Program-made: the position numbers and the translations under genes
Source: Rubrivivax sp.
GTDB taxonomy: Bacteria; Pseudomonadota; Gammaproteobacteria; Burkholderiales; Burkholderiaceae_C
Length of the DNA: 64,000 nt
Direction: 5' to 3'
Assembly: GCA_030653505.1 (NCBI GenBank)
Contig: JAURZK010000185.1
Coordinates: 13,807 to 77,806 of the forward strand
The notes under the pieces: generated by a model
Databases searched by the model: none
What the model saw: only the letters and a program-made list of their open reading frames with translations
What the model was told of the DNA's origin: nothing
Part shown: positions 1 to 9,047 of the stretch, piece by piece
Numbering within the stretch: the first letter of the stretch is position 1
How the letters are laid out: each line of letters begins with the position of its first letter

Positions 1-224
1 GAGACGCATGGGGCAGTCCGCTCCCAGCTTGGTCGACCACGTCCATCCGCATGTCCCGGCACGCCCGTGGGTGCTGGCACAGCCGATCCGGATTCGGCAG
101 TCGCTGGCGTCGCAACCCCGTTGCCCACGCCGGTTCTCTGTAAGTCGTGCACCGGGTGCTGACCCAACTTCTGTTCGAGCGAGCCGGGCTCGGGTCCAGC
201 GAGGCCGACAGCGTTGCGGTCACG
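1..224 (+). pseudogene. Degenerate IS91-family (rolling-circle, Y2) transposase fragment, cut by window edge
   Basis: Frame 2 reads RRMGQSAPSLVDHVHPHVPARPWVLAQPIRIR, then a frameshift to VHRVLTQLLFERAGLGSSEADSVAVT. This resembles the IS91-like segment RRM..AAHLVDHV.PHVPVRQWVLSLP...VQRV...AGL...ADSGAVT as I recall it. Similarity stops before the HUH motif. Confidence 0.7.
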
Positions 225-665
225 AATGGCCGTTGTCGGCGTCGGCTGCGAACAGGTAGTCGCGGCCACTTCCAGTCATCCGATCGGTCAGAAAATCGCC
301 TCGCCGACGACTGGTTCAGAGTACAGCCGCCATGGGTCGACAGCCCGTCGAAGGTGCGCACTTTCCCAAGCAGTCGCTGACGAACTTGCGGCGCTTGTCG
401 ACATCCGATGCAGCCCGTACGTCTGCAGCGCGATCAGGCGAACTCGAGCTGCCGACTCATGAACGGCATTCACTTTCTTGTGCTGATCGCGGCGAAGCAG
501 CCGTTCGACCAGAGTGCAGCATCAGTGCCGCCGGCTGCGTGTTGCAGTCCCACAGGGAGTCTTGACCTCCGGCAACATCTATCCGGCGACGCTGGGTCGC
601 CGTCCCTCATCAGGAGCACAGCGCACGGTTGGGCACAGGCAGAAGCCGTGCGTCACCCTTCGGCT

Positions 666-1652
666 TCACACCTCAGGGAGTCCGACCTGCCTCAGAGCGG
701 CTACCAAGCCGGCCGCATTGCTGACTTCCAACTTTGAATAGATGGCCTGCACATGGTTGCGCACGGTCGCCGGGGATCTCGCCAGCAGTTGTGCCAGTTG
801 CTTGTGGGTCTGCCCATTCGCGATGCCACAGGCAATTTCCAGTTCTCGTGCCGAGAGTTCGTCTGCCCTGCAGCGTGTGCGCGCCTGCAAGAAGAGCAAC
901 TGATGCTCTACCCGACCGTGCACCACCGCGCGCCGGCCCTTAAACAGCGGCTCGCTGCGAAACCTGGCGACGAGGGCGTCTGGCAGCGTGCACCCGACGC
1001 GCCAGCCCTCCCACTCGGTGCGCAGTAACTCCTCGAACAGAGGATCTGTATGCAGCACCACGCCGCGCAAGCCGGCCACGGCGCGCCCGCAGGCCGGGCC
1101 GTTGGCGAGCAGCGGCCGTCGATGCAGATGCGACATGCGGTTCATGGACAGCGCCTGCATCAGATGAGGCCGCAACGCGTGCAGAAGCAAACGCTCGTCT
1201 TCACCACAAAGTGCATCGACGTCGGCGCGATACAGCGACAGCCACTGCGTCCGCCGCGTTACGCCATGGGTGTCGCCGCTGATGAACATGTTCTGGTGGC
1301 CGAAGCGCCGCGTGAAGTCCAGCAGCCCGGGGCTGCCGGCATAGAACGCCGGTGAATGGAAGATCGCAGTGGCGCTGCGGTGCTGGCCCACCGAGAAGGC
1401 CGCCAGATCGAGCGATTTGTGCTCCTCGTAGGCCTGCAACATTCCCTGCGAGGTGCGGTGCAGGTGCAGCGCATCGATGTCAAGACCCGCGGGAGCGAGG
1501 GTGCCGCTGCCCCACATGGCGGCGTCGAAGGGAAGAACGGTCCTGACCAGGGCCAGCGCCGATTCCTGGAACTGGTCGACGGGCTGTTCCTGCGCCAGCC
1601 CATACAGGCGAAGCAAGAACTCACTGAAGTCGGTCAGCGTCGAATGGGTCAT
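666..1652 (-). CDS. LuxR/CsgD-type HTH transcriptional regulator with N-terminal sensor domain
   Basis: C-terminal LSARELEIACGIANGQTHKQLAQLLARSPATVRNHVQAIYSKLEV is a LuxR HTH. Start placed at ATG 1652 (MTHSTL) rather than the ORF-track start 1754. Confidence 0.85.
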   Translation of the reverse strand: MTHSTLTDFSEFLLRLYGLAQEQPVDQFQESALALVRTVLPFDAAMWGSGTLAPAGLDIDALHLHRTSQGMLQAYEEHKSLDLAAFSVGQHRSATAIFHSPAFYAGSPGLLDFTRRFGHQNMFISGDTHGVTRRTQWLSLYRADVDALCGEDERLLLHALRPHLMQALSMNRMSHLHRRPLLANGPACGRAVAGLRGVVLHTDPLFEELLRTEWEGWRVGCTLPDALVARFRSEPLFKGRRAVVHGRVEHQLLFLQARTRCRADELSARELEIACGIANGQTHKQLAQLLARSPATVRNHVQAIYSKLEVSNAAGLVAALRQVGLPEV

Positions 1653-1792
1653 GCGCGTTCGCCCCAGACCCTGGTGACGCTCTGAATGATGCATTTGAAC
1701 CATACCAAAGATCCGACGCTGCCCTGAGCATCCGGCGCACAAGCGTGGTGCCACGGTGGCCAGGACGTGCAGTTCGTCAATCAGGATCGAGG

Positions 1793-4402
1793 ATGAGCAT
1801 GAAATGCGGGACCGGGAGCAGGATCTGGGCTGTGGCGCTGGCCACGCTGTTGGGGGCGTGCGGCGGCGGTGGCGGTGATGGCGCGGCTACGGGCTCAGGC
1901 ACGAGCGTCAGCAAGGTTCCCAGCATCTCGGGCTTCGAGCCGAGTTCGGCGCCCCCGGGCGCGACCATCACGATTGCCGGCAGCAACTTCAGCACCACGG
2001 CATCGGCCAATGCCGTCAAGTTCAACGGCGTCGCGGCGCCGGTGGCCGCTGCCACGGCAACGTCGCTAAAGGTCACGCTGCCCAGCGGTGCCACCACCGG
2101 CAACGTCACGGTGCAGGCGACGGATGGCAGCACGACCAGCCTCGAGCAGTTCATTGTTCTTGCGCCGCTGCCGAGCATCACCAAGTTCTACCCCCCATAC
2201 GCCGCACCTGGGAGCATCGTGACCATCACCGGCAGCGGCTTTGGCGGTGCTCCCGCTGAAAACACGGTTTGGTTCAACGGCGCGCCGGCAGAGGTGGCGA
2301 CGGCGAGCGCCACCTCGCTCACGGTCACGGTGCCGCTTGGCGCCAGCACCGGGAGCTTGGCTCTGCGCACCCCTGGCGGCGAGGCAACGGCAACGGGCAG
2401 CTTCACGGTCAACCCCACCGTGACAGGCTTCAGCCCGACCTCCGGAGCGCCGGGCGATGTTGTCACGATCACAGGCATCAACTTCGGGGCAACGGACGGC
2501 GTGGCCTTCTGGAATGGCATCGGAGCGCAGGTGACCAGCCGCTCCAGCACCGCGCTCACGGCCGTCGTGCCTGAGACGGGCTCCACCGGACGCATCAGCG
2601 TGACGTCTCAGAACTCGGTTTCCGAGATCTCCGTGCAGTCGGCCAGCACTTTCGTGGTCAACAAAGGGCCCAAGATCGACAGGTTCGTTCCAGCCTTCGG
2701 GCTGCCGGGTTCAGCCGTCACCATCTACGGCAAACGCTTCGCCAGCACGGCTGCAGGCAACACGGTGCAGATCGGTGGCGCGACAGCAGTCGTCGCGCTG
2801 GTGAGCGTCTTTGGCCTCGGCGAGGGTTACATCAGGGTCATCGTTCCTGCCACCGCCAACACCGGCTACATCACCGTGACCACCACCAACGGCTCTGGCA
2901 TCTCGGCAGAGCAGTTCGGGACCACCGCTACGGCTCCACCTGCGGCCAACAGGCTGCTGGCGCTGAGCCCCGACCCGCTCTTGGACTTTGGCACGCAGAC
3001 CATCGGCAGCTACCGCTTCGAAAGAGTCACGGTGCGCAACGTCGGCAGTGCCAGCTTGCAGATCAGGGGCGCGGCGGTGGCGGGCACGAACTTCGACTTC
3101 CGCGGCACCAATTGCTACGGTTACAACTACCAGTTGGAGTTCTTCGACACCCTGGCCTCCGGCGCGTCGTGCTACGTGGAAGTGGGCTTCAACTCGACCG
3201 TAGCCGGTACCAGCACGGGTGCCGTTTCCGTCACCAGCACGGCCATCGGCGGCACCTACAGCGTGGGGCTCAGCGGTAACGGCACGGCGCCGCTGACGCC
3301 CGCGATCACGCTGGCGCCGAAGTCGCTGAGCTTCGCGTCCCAGGAAATGGGCACCGTCAGCGCAGCCCAGGCGATCAGACTGACAAATTCGGGAACGGCC
3401 CCGCTCACGGTGCAGGGTATCGGCGTAACTGGTGACTTCGCGCGGACTCACAACTGCCCTTCAAGTCTGCCTGCCGGGGGGGCTTGCACGATCAACGTCA
3501 CCTTCGCGCCCGCCGGTCCGGCAGGCCCCAGGAGAGGCGATCTAGCGTTCGTCACCAACGCGCCGAGCGGCTTGATGGGCATCTCGGCCTCAGCACCTCT
3601 GCTCGGTACGGGAACGCTGAGCAAATCCGGGCAGTTGGCGATCTACACGCGCGAATCCTGGGGCATCGACGGCGTGTACCTCGATGGCTTCTGGGTCAGC
3701 GGGGGTCTCTCGCCCACTGGCCAGAACCTGTGCGGTGGCCAGGGTGCGATCACGCTCACGGTCGCCCCAGGCCAGCACACCATCAGCGCCTATGACGCCG
3801 TGCTGTCGATCGCAGACGCCGCAGTGACAGTCACCGAGGGCGCTTGTACCGTGCACAGGGTCGTCGGCACATCGACCTGCCTGTCGCCGCAGATCATCTC
3901 CAACGGCGTTTGCACCGACCGGACACCGTTGACCTGCGTGCAACCGGCGGTGCTGCAAAACGGTGTCTGTGTCGTCCCAGGCACGACGCCTGGCGGCAGT
4001 GTTGGCACGGGCGGTAGCCTGAGCGCCGGCGCCGGCGCGTATGCGGGAAAGTTCATCAATTCTGACGGGGGCACAAGTTCACCGCAGTGTTTGTCGTTCG
4101 GGCTGCTGAAGGGCTCATCGGAACCATATGACTCGCAGACCATCACCAACAAGTGCAGCTTCAAGGTCTACGTGATGCGCTGCCATACGCCGTCGACCCG
4201 GGCTGGAACGGCCGACACGCAGTGCAACGCGACCGGCAGTGGTCGGTTCTACCAGCAATTCGGCTGGCTCGAGCCCGGCGAGGTGAAATCGAACTTCTAT
4301 TCTCTGCCGCCTGGCACCACGATCTGGTACGGCGCATGTTCCGGTGGCAACTTGCCCTCGGGTAAAGAAGTATCACTGACGGGCGATTACACCTGCCGCT
4401 AG
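1793..4402 (+). CDS. Surface lipoprotein with 4 IPT/TIG repeats, 2 ASH/choice-of-anchor-D-like Ig domains and a Cys-rich C-terminus
   Basis: Lipobox LLGAC followed by a Gly run; four P.(I/V)..F.P....PG..(V/I)TI.G..F repeats; two L.F..Q..G......(V/I)..N.G...L Ig modules; repeated C..P....NGVC units. Confidence 0.8.
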   Translation: MSMKCGTGSRIWAVALATLLGACGGGGGDGAATGSGTSVSKVPSISGFEPSSAPPGATITIAGSNFSTTASANAVKFNGVAAPVAAATATSLKVTLPSGATTGNVTVQATDGSTTSLEQFIVLAPLPSITKFYPPYAAPGSIVTITGSGFGGAPAENTVWFNGAPAEVATASATSLTVTVPLGASTGSLALRTPGGEATATGSFTVNPTVTGFSPTSGAPGDVVTITGINFGATDGVAFWNGIGAQVTSRSSTALTAVVPETGSTGRISVTSQNSVSEISVQSASTFVVNKGPKIDRFVPAFGLPGSAVTIYGKRFASTAAGNTVQIGGATAVVALVSVFGLGEGYIRVIVPATANTGYITVTTTNGSGISAEQFGTTATAPPAANRLLALSPDPLLDFGTQTIGSYRFERVTVRNVGSASLQIRGAAVAGTNFDFRGTNCYGYNYQLEFFDTLASGASCYVEVGFNSTVAGTSTGAVSVTSTAIGGTYSVGLSGNGTAPLTPAITLAPKSLSFASQEMGTVSAAQAIRLTNSGTAPLTVQGIGVTGDFARTHNCPSSLPAGGACTINVTFAPAGPAGPRRGDLAFVTNAPSGLMGISASAPLLGTGTLSKSGQLAIYTRESWGIDGVYLDGFWVSGGLSPTGQNLCGGQGAITLTVAPGQHTISAYDAVLSIADAAVTVTEGACTVHRVVGTSTCLSPQIISNGVCTDRTPLTCVQPAVLQNGVCVVPGTTPGGSVGTGGSLSAGAGAYAGKFINSDGGTSSPQCLSFGLLKGSSEPYDSQTITNKCSFKVYVMRCHTPSTRAGTADTQCNATGSGRFYQQFGWLEPGEVKSNFYSLPPGTTIWYGACSGGNLPSGKEVSLTGDYTCR

Positions 4403-4495
4403 TGAAAGCGTCTGTGAATCGCATGGCCGGGTCCACCGCTGTCTCACCCCAGCGGCCGACCTGGCGGCGGCTCACAACGAAGGAGGGATCGCACG

Positions 4496-5031
4496 TTGCG
4501 CCTCTGCACGCGTGACGGGGTCTGCAACGCCGAGAGGAAGTTCTTTCGCCAGCAGTCGCCGCTCATGAAGGGCGAGATCAAGCGCAAACGCCATTCGCTG
4601 CCGCCCAACGCCGAGCTGAGCTATGGCGCCTGCTGCGGCATTTGGGGCTCGTTCGCGCTGCGGGACGGCAAAGGCCGCTACCGCTGCAACGCGCAACGCT
4701 TGCCTGACAACGGCAGCAAAAGAGTGCTGCTGCACGCCTGGGGGGCGACAACCTCGACGAGGCTTGCGCCGCAGCCACGGAGGTTGCGCGCGACTACAGC
4801 AACACGAGCGAGTGCGTTTGCGAAACGCGCAGTCGGCTGTCGGTCAACCGGGTCGAATCGACGGGCAAGGGCCTGGGCGACCCGACCGCCCTGGACAAGC
4901 TCAACACGCGGGCCAGGGAGGCCCTGAAGGAAGCCATGAAGTGCGCTCCGGCTGGCGGCGTTGATTGTCGTCCACACCACCCGAAGTGGCGGCATGGGCG
5001 TTCGCGGTTGAAGCGACCGGTACCTCAGTAA
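4496..5031 (+). pseudogene. Possible frameshifted small Cys-rich protein gene
   Basis: Coding-like codon use in frame 2 up to a G6 run (4740-4745), continuing in frame 1 (GDNLDEACAAATEVARDYSNTSECVCE...ALKEAMKC) to TAA at 5029-5031. The start is uncertain. Confidence 0.35.
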
Positions 5032-5491
5032 CGGCTCGACCTGGCGTAGGGGGGGCGGCACCACGCACCTGTTGACCTCGCCTTTGTCGTTCATGCATCC
5101 GCGGACAGTGATGCCAAGACGAGCTCCTTTGCGCCGGTGGCCGCCAGTGTGAGTTCGAGGCGGGGCCAGAAAGCTGACTTTCGGCGCGATGGCGCTCCGG
5201 GCCAAAGTCAGCTTGCGGCAGCTCCCGGGGAAATCCGGTGCCGGCCACGACCTGCCGGTGGCCAACGGCGGCTTTACGGTGCCCTGGTTCTATTCAACTT
5301 GAGTGCATGCGGGAAGTCCGTGTTTGCGAGGATCGAGCACCTGATGCGTCGACCTTCGGACGATCCTTGGCCAATCGGCCCTCGCCACCTGCCTGGCTCT
5401 GCTTTGCCCGCATCACGCAACCCATGCGACTGGACTTCGGCGCTGATCCAAACGACTCCGCGCTGGCGCTTCGAGCGGCAGCACGATGACA

Positions 5492-6658
5492 CTAGCGCTT
5501 CTCAATGGCGTGCTTCAAGAAGGCACGGCCTTCCGCCAGCCTTCGGGCCGTACGCTGGATGGCCAGGCGCCGCACGACGGGTGCCGCACCTGCGCTGGCG
5601 TCGACGTCCGCCTCCACATAGATGACCCCCGATGGGTGGCCGAAGGCCAGCGTCCTCGTGACCTGGCCACGCGCCGCAGTGAGGATGCGGTGCGGCAAGC
5701 TGCCCGGGATCCGGCAGGCCAGGCCGGTGGTGGCGGTGAGCGTGCCCGCCAATGTCTTGCTGGCAGATCCCGAAGCGAACTGCCTCACCACCAGGTCGAT
5801 GCCCGCCGCCTCGATCAGCTCACCCTGGGTGCAACTGCGGTAGGCGGCGGGTGCGCTCAGCACGATCAACATGGGTGTCGACGGCGCCATGCGTGAATCC
5901 CAGTACGCGCGCAGGCCGCAGCGGTAGGCCACGGCCTGTCGGATGGCGTCCATGCGGCGCTTCAGGTCTTCACTGGCGTCGATCTCTTCCGGCGACTCGA
6001 TGCCGCTCATCCCCAGCGCGGTGTGGTGCACGTAGATCGCCATGTTGGCGCCATCGACAATCGACATCTCCACCGCGCCAACGCCGGGTACGTCCAGTAC
6101 CTCAGCCGCTTGGCCCGTGGGCAGCAAGGTGCCGGTGATCGCACCCACCGCCTGCGAGAAATCGAGCGAGATGGCCGCGCCGGTGCCGGGTACGCCGCCA
6201 ATGGCGAGGCTGCCGCGCCATTGCGGCTGGCCGTCCCGCACCGGCACCTCGACGCGGATCACGCGGTCGGTGTTGACGTTGTGCACCCGCACGACCGTGG
6301 TGCCGTCCACCGGTGCCACCAGGCCTTCCTGGATGGCATAGACACCCACGGCCGCCGTCAGGTTGCCGCAGTTCAGCTTGTAGTCCACCTCGCCGCGCAC
6401 CGTGCCGACCTGGCCGAACAGGTAGGTCACGTCGGTGCCCTCGCGCACCGGCGGGCCGATGATGGCGGCCTTGCTGGTGAGCTTGTCGGCGCCGCCCAGG
6501 CCATCGATCTGCCTCCGGTCGGGGCTGCCGAAGAGGTCGAGCAGGACGAGGCTGAGTTGCTCGCGGTCCGTGGGCACGTCCTGGGCGCGCAGGAAGATGC
6601 CCTTGCTGGTGCCCCCCCGCATCAGCACGAACGGCAGGTCGTCGCGCAGGATGCTCAT
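5492..6658 (-). CDS. PrpF/FldA-family isomerase (aconitate/methylaconitate/oxalomesaconate isomerase-like)
   Basis: N-terminal MRGGTSKG motif, RQIDGLGGA..LTSK and NCGNL motifs. Confidence 0.9.
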   Translation of the reverse strand: MSILRDDLPFVLMRGGTSKGIFLRAQDVPTDREQLSLVLLDLFGSPDRRQIDGLGGADKLTSKAAIIGPPVREGTDVTYLFGQVGTVRGEVDYKLNCGNLTAAVGVYAIQEGLVAPVDGTTVVRVHNVNTDRVIRVEVPVRDGQPQWRGSLAIGGVPGTGAAISLDFSQAVGAITGTLLPTGQAAEVLDVPGVGAVEMSIVDGANMAIYVHHTALGMSGIESPEEIDASEDLKRRMDAIRQAVAYRCGLRAYWDSRMAPSTPMLIVLSAPAAYRSCTQGELIEAAGIDLVVRQFASGSASKTLAGTLTATTGLACRIPGSLPHRILTAARGQVTRTLAFGHPSGVIYVEADVDASAGAAPVVRRLAIQRTARRLAEGRAFLKHAIEKR

Positions 6659-7078
6659 TCAGCCTGCGCGCTGGAAACGCGGGATGCTGATCTCGGGCGT
6701 GACGGGGTCGAACACCACCTGCACCACGTCGCCCACTTTCACGTCGGAAGGCGCGATGCCCACCACGTTGCTGATCATGCGCGGCCCCTCGTCCAACTGG
6801 ATCAGCGACACGTTGTAGGGCACGTCGCCGGTGAAGGTTGCGTTGTAGATCTGGTGGAACACGATGCTGGAATGCACGGTGCCGCGTCCCGAGATGGTCT
6901 TCCACTCGAAGCGGTCCGACAAGCAGTGCGGGCACACGTGGTTGATGGGGTAGCGCGGTTCGCCGCAGTCACCGCAGTGCTGCAGCGCCAGCTGCTGCTG
7001 TCGCGCGGCCGTCCAGAAGGGTCTGTTGGCGTCGTCCAGCGTGGGTAGGGGCTTGTCGTAGGGCTTGCTGTCGCTCAT
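6659..7078 (-). CDS. DUF35 Zn-ribbon/OB-fold protein
   Basis: FW.A.....L..QHCGDCG...YP...CPHC, then OB-fold V.L.EGPRM.SN(V). Start is ATG 7078 (MSDSKP). Confidence 0.9.
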   Translation of the reverse strand: MSDSKPYDKPLPTLDDANRPFWTAARQQQLALQHCGDCGEPRYPINHVCPHCLSDRFEWKTISGRGTVHSSIVFHQIYNATFTGDVPYNVSLIQLDEGPRMISNVVGIAPSDVKVGDVVQVVFDPVTPEISIPRFQRAG

Positions 7079-7092
7079 CTCGGTCTTCCCTT

Positions 7093-8241
7093 TCAGGCTG
7101 CGCGCAGGATCATCGCGTTGGCACAGTTCAGCGTCATGCCGCGGCCGGACACCAGGCAAGTCCGGGCGTCCGGCACCTGGCGCTCGCCGCAGGTGCCGCG
7201 CATCTGCCGCACACCTTCCACGGCATGCAGCCAGCCTTCCATGTACGACTCGGAGAGGTTGCCGCCGGCGGTGTTCACCGGCAGCTGCCCGCCCAGCTCG
7301 ATGCGGCCGTCTTCGGTGAAAGGCCCGCCTTCGCCCAGGCCGCAAAAGCCCGCGTGCTCCAGCCACAGGATCACGCTCATCGTGAAGTTGTCGTAGAGCT
7401 GCGCCACGTCGATGTCCTTGGGGCCCAGGCCGGCCATGCGGTAGGCGCGGTCCAGCGCGTCCTTCTGGTGGGGCACGTACCACCAGTTCTCGCGCTCCAT
7501 GTTCTGCGTGGTGTAGGCCTGGCCCATGCCGGAGATCAGCACCGGCGTCTGCTTCAGGTCCCGGGCGCGTTCGGCCGACGTCACGATCAGGCACACACCG
7601 CCGTCGCTGATCAGGCAGCAGTCGAGGAGGTGGAACGGTTCGACCACCATGCGCGAAGCCTGGTGCTCTTCGATGGTGAAGCGCTCGCGCATCACGGCGC
7701 TGGGATTCATCGAGGCGTGCTTTCGGCAGGCCACCGCCACGTTGCCGAGGTGCCGGCTGGTGGTGCCGTACAGGGCCATGTGGCGGCTGGCGGCCATGGC
7801 GCTGTTGGCCGCTGCACCGAACATGCCCCAGATGCCCCAGGAATCGCCCCAGCCCGAGGCACGGCCGAAGCGGTAGTTGCCGGTTCGCGCCGTGTCCGCG
7901 AAGACGCAAGCCACGTAGTCAGCCATGCCGCACTCGATGGCCATGGCGGCGTTCTGGATGAGCGCCCCGCAGGTGCCCCCGCCCATGGTCATGCTGCCGG
8001 TGTACTTCGGATCGATGCCCAGGGTCTCGCCCATGCGCAGGTAGTTCAGCGAGCCCTCGGGCGAGGTAGTGCCCGGCATGGTCAGCAAGCCATCGATCTG
8101 GTCCTTGCGCAGCCCTGCATCGTCCAGGGCGCGCTTGAACGCCTCGGTGGCCAAGGTCACCGGCGTCGAGCCCGGCAGCTTGCCTTGCGCCGTGGCGCCC
8201 ACGCCCACGATCGCGATCTTGTCCTTCAGGGATGTGCTCAT
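7093..8241 (-). CDS. SCP2-type thiolase-superfamily protein (Ltp2-like aldolase candidate)
   Basis: IAIVGVG start, AQLYDNFT, VNTAGGNLSESY..G..HAVEGVRQMRG. The canonical nucleophile Cys region reads MGGGT. Start is ATG 8241. Confidence 0.88.
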   Translation of the reverse strand: MSTSLKDKIAIVGVGATAQGKLPGSTPVTLATEAFKRALDDAGLRKDQIDGLLTMPGTTSPEGSLNYLRMGETLGIDPKYTGSMTMGGGTCGALIQNAAMAIECGMADYVACVFADTARTGNYRFGRASGWGDSWGIWGMFGAAANSAMAASRHMALYGTTSRHLGNVAVACRKHASMNPSAVMRERFTIEEHQASRMVVEPFHLLDCCLISDGGVCLIVTSAERARDLKQTPVLISGMGQAYTTQNMERENWWYVPHQKDALDRAYRMAGLGPKDIDVAQLYDNFTMSVILWLEHAGFCGLGEGGPFTEDGRIELGGQLPVNTAGGNLSESYMEGWLHAVEGVRQMRGTCGERQVPDARTCLVSGRGMTLNCANAMILRAA

Positions 8242-8261
8242 CTTTTGTCCTCGGGTCCTCG

Positions 8262-9038
8262 TCAGCGGCCGCGGTAGACCGGCGGCCGCTTTTCCTGGAA
8301 GGCGCGGCGGCCCTCGATGCGGTCTTCGGTGTCGCGCAACATGCCGAAGACATAACTCTCCATCGCCAGCGCCTGTGGCAGCGGCAGCGATGCGCCGTCG
8401 CGCACCAGTCGCTTGACCGCGCGCACCGACAGCGGCGCGTTCTGGGCAATGCGTCGCGCGATGGCGAGTACCGTCTCCAGCAGCTGCGCCTGCGGCACCA
8501 CCTGGCTGACCAGTCCGGTGCGCAGGGCTTCCTGCGCATCCACCCGGTCGCCCGTCAGCAGCATCAGCATCGCGTCGGAGCGCCCGATCACACGCGGCAG
8601 GGTCTGCGTGCCGCCGGCTCCCGGGATGCTGCCGATGCGCACCTCCGACAGCGCAAACTGCGCGTTCTCGGAAGCGATGCGCACGTCGCAGGCCAGCGCC
8701 AGCTCCATGCCGCCACCCATGGCGAAGCCATTGATGGCGCAGAGGATGGGCTTGTCCATCTCCATGCCGGCCAGCAGGTGGATGGACTGCGCCTGGCCAA
8801 AGCTGAGCTGGGCCGGGCTCTCCTTGGGCGGCATGGTCTTCTTGAGGTCCGACCCCGTGCAGAAGGCCTTGTCGCCCGCGCCGGTGAGCACGGTGCAGCG
8901 CACGGCATCGTCGCGCGCCACGCGCTGCCAGGCTTCGTGCAGTTCGAGGCGCGTCTCCGGGTCGATCGCGTTCATCGCCTCGGGCCGGTTCAAGGTGATG
9001 ATCGCGACGTGTTCGCGGACTTCGTACAGCAGCGGCAT
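8262..9038 (-). CDS. Enoyl-CoA hydratase/isomerase (crotonase)
   Basis: ITLNRPEAMNA, AFCTGSDL, AINGFAMGGGMELALACD, SEVRIGSIPGAGG. Confidence 0.93.
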   Translation of the reverse strand: MPLLYEVREHVAIITLNRPEAMNAIDPETRLELHEAWQRVARDDAVRCTVLTGAGDKAFCTGSDLKKTMPPKESPAQLSFGQAQSIHLLAGMEMDKPILCAINGFAMGGGMELALACDVRIASENAQFALSEVRIGSIPGAGGTQTLPRVIGRSDAMLMLLTGDRVDAQEALRTGLVSQVVPQAQLLETVLAIARRIAQNAPLSVRAVKRLVRDGASLPLPQALAMESYVFGMLRDTEDRIEGRRAFQEKRPPVYRGR

Positions 9039-9047
9039 GTGTGTCTC

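Noticed and set aside
4678-5489. ORFs between the lipoprotein locus and PrpF (4678-5265, 5137-5625 and others)
   Set aside because: No motifs and conflicting overlapping frames; cannot be supported as genes.
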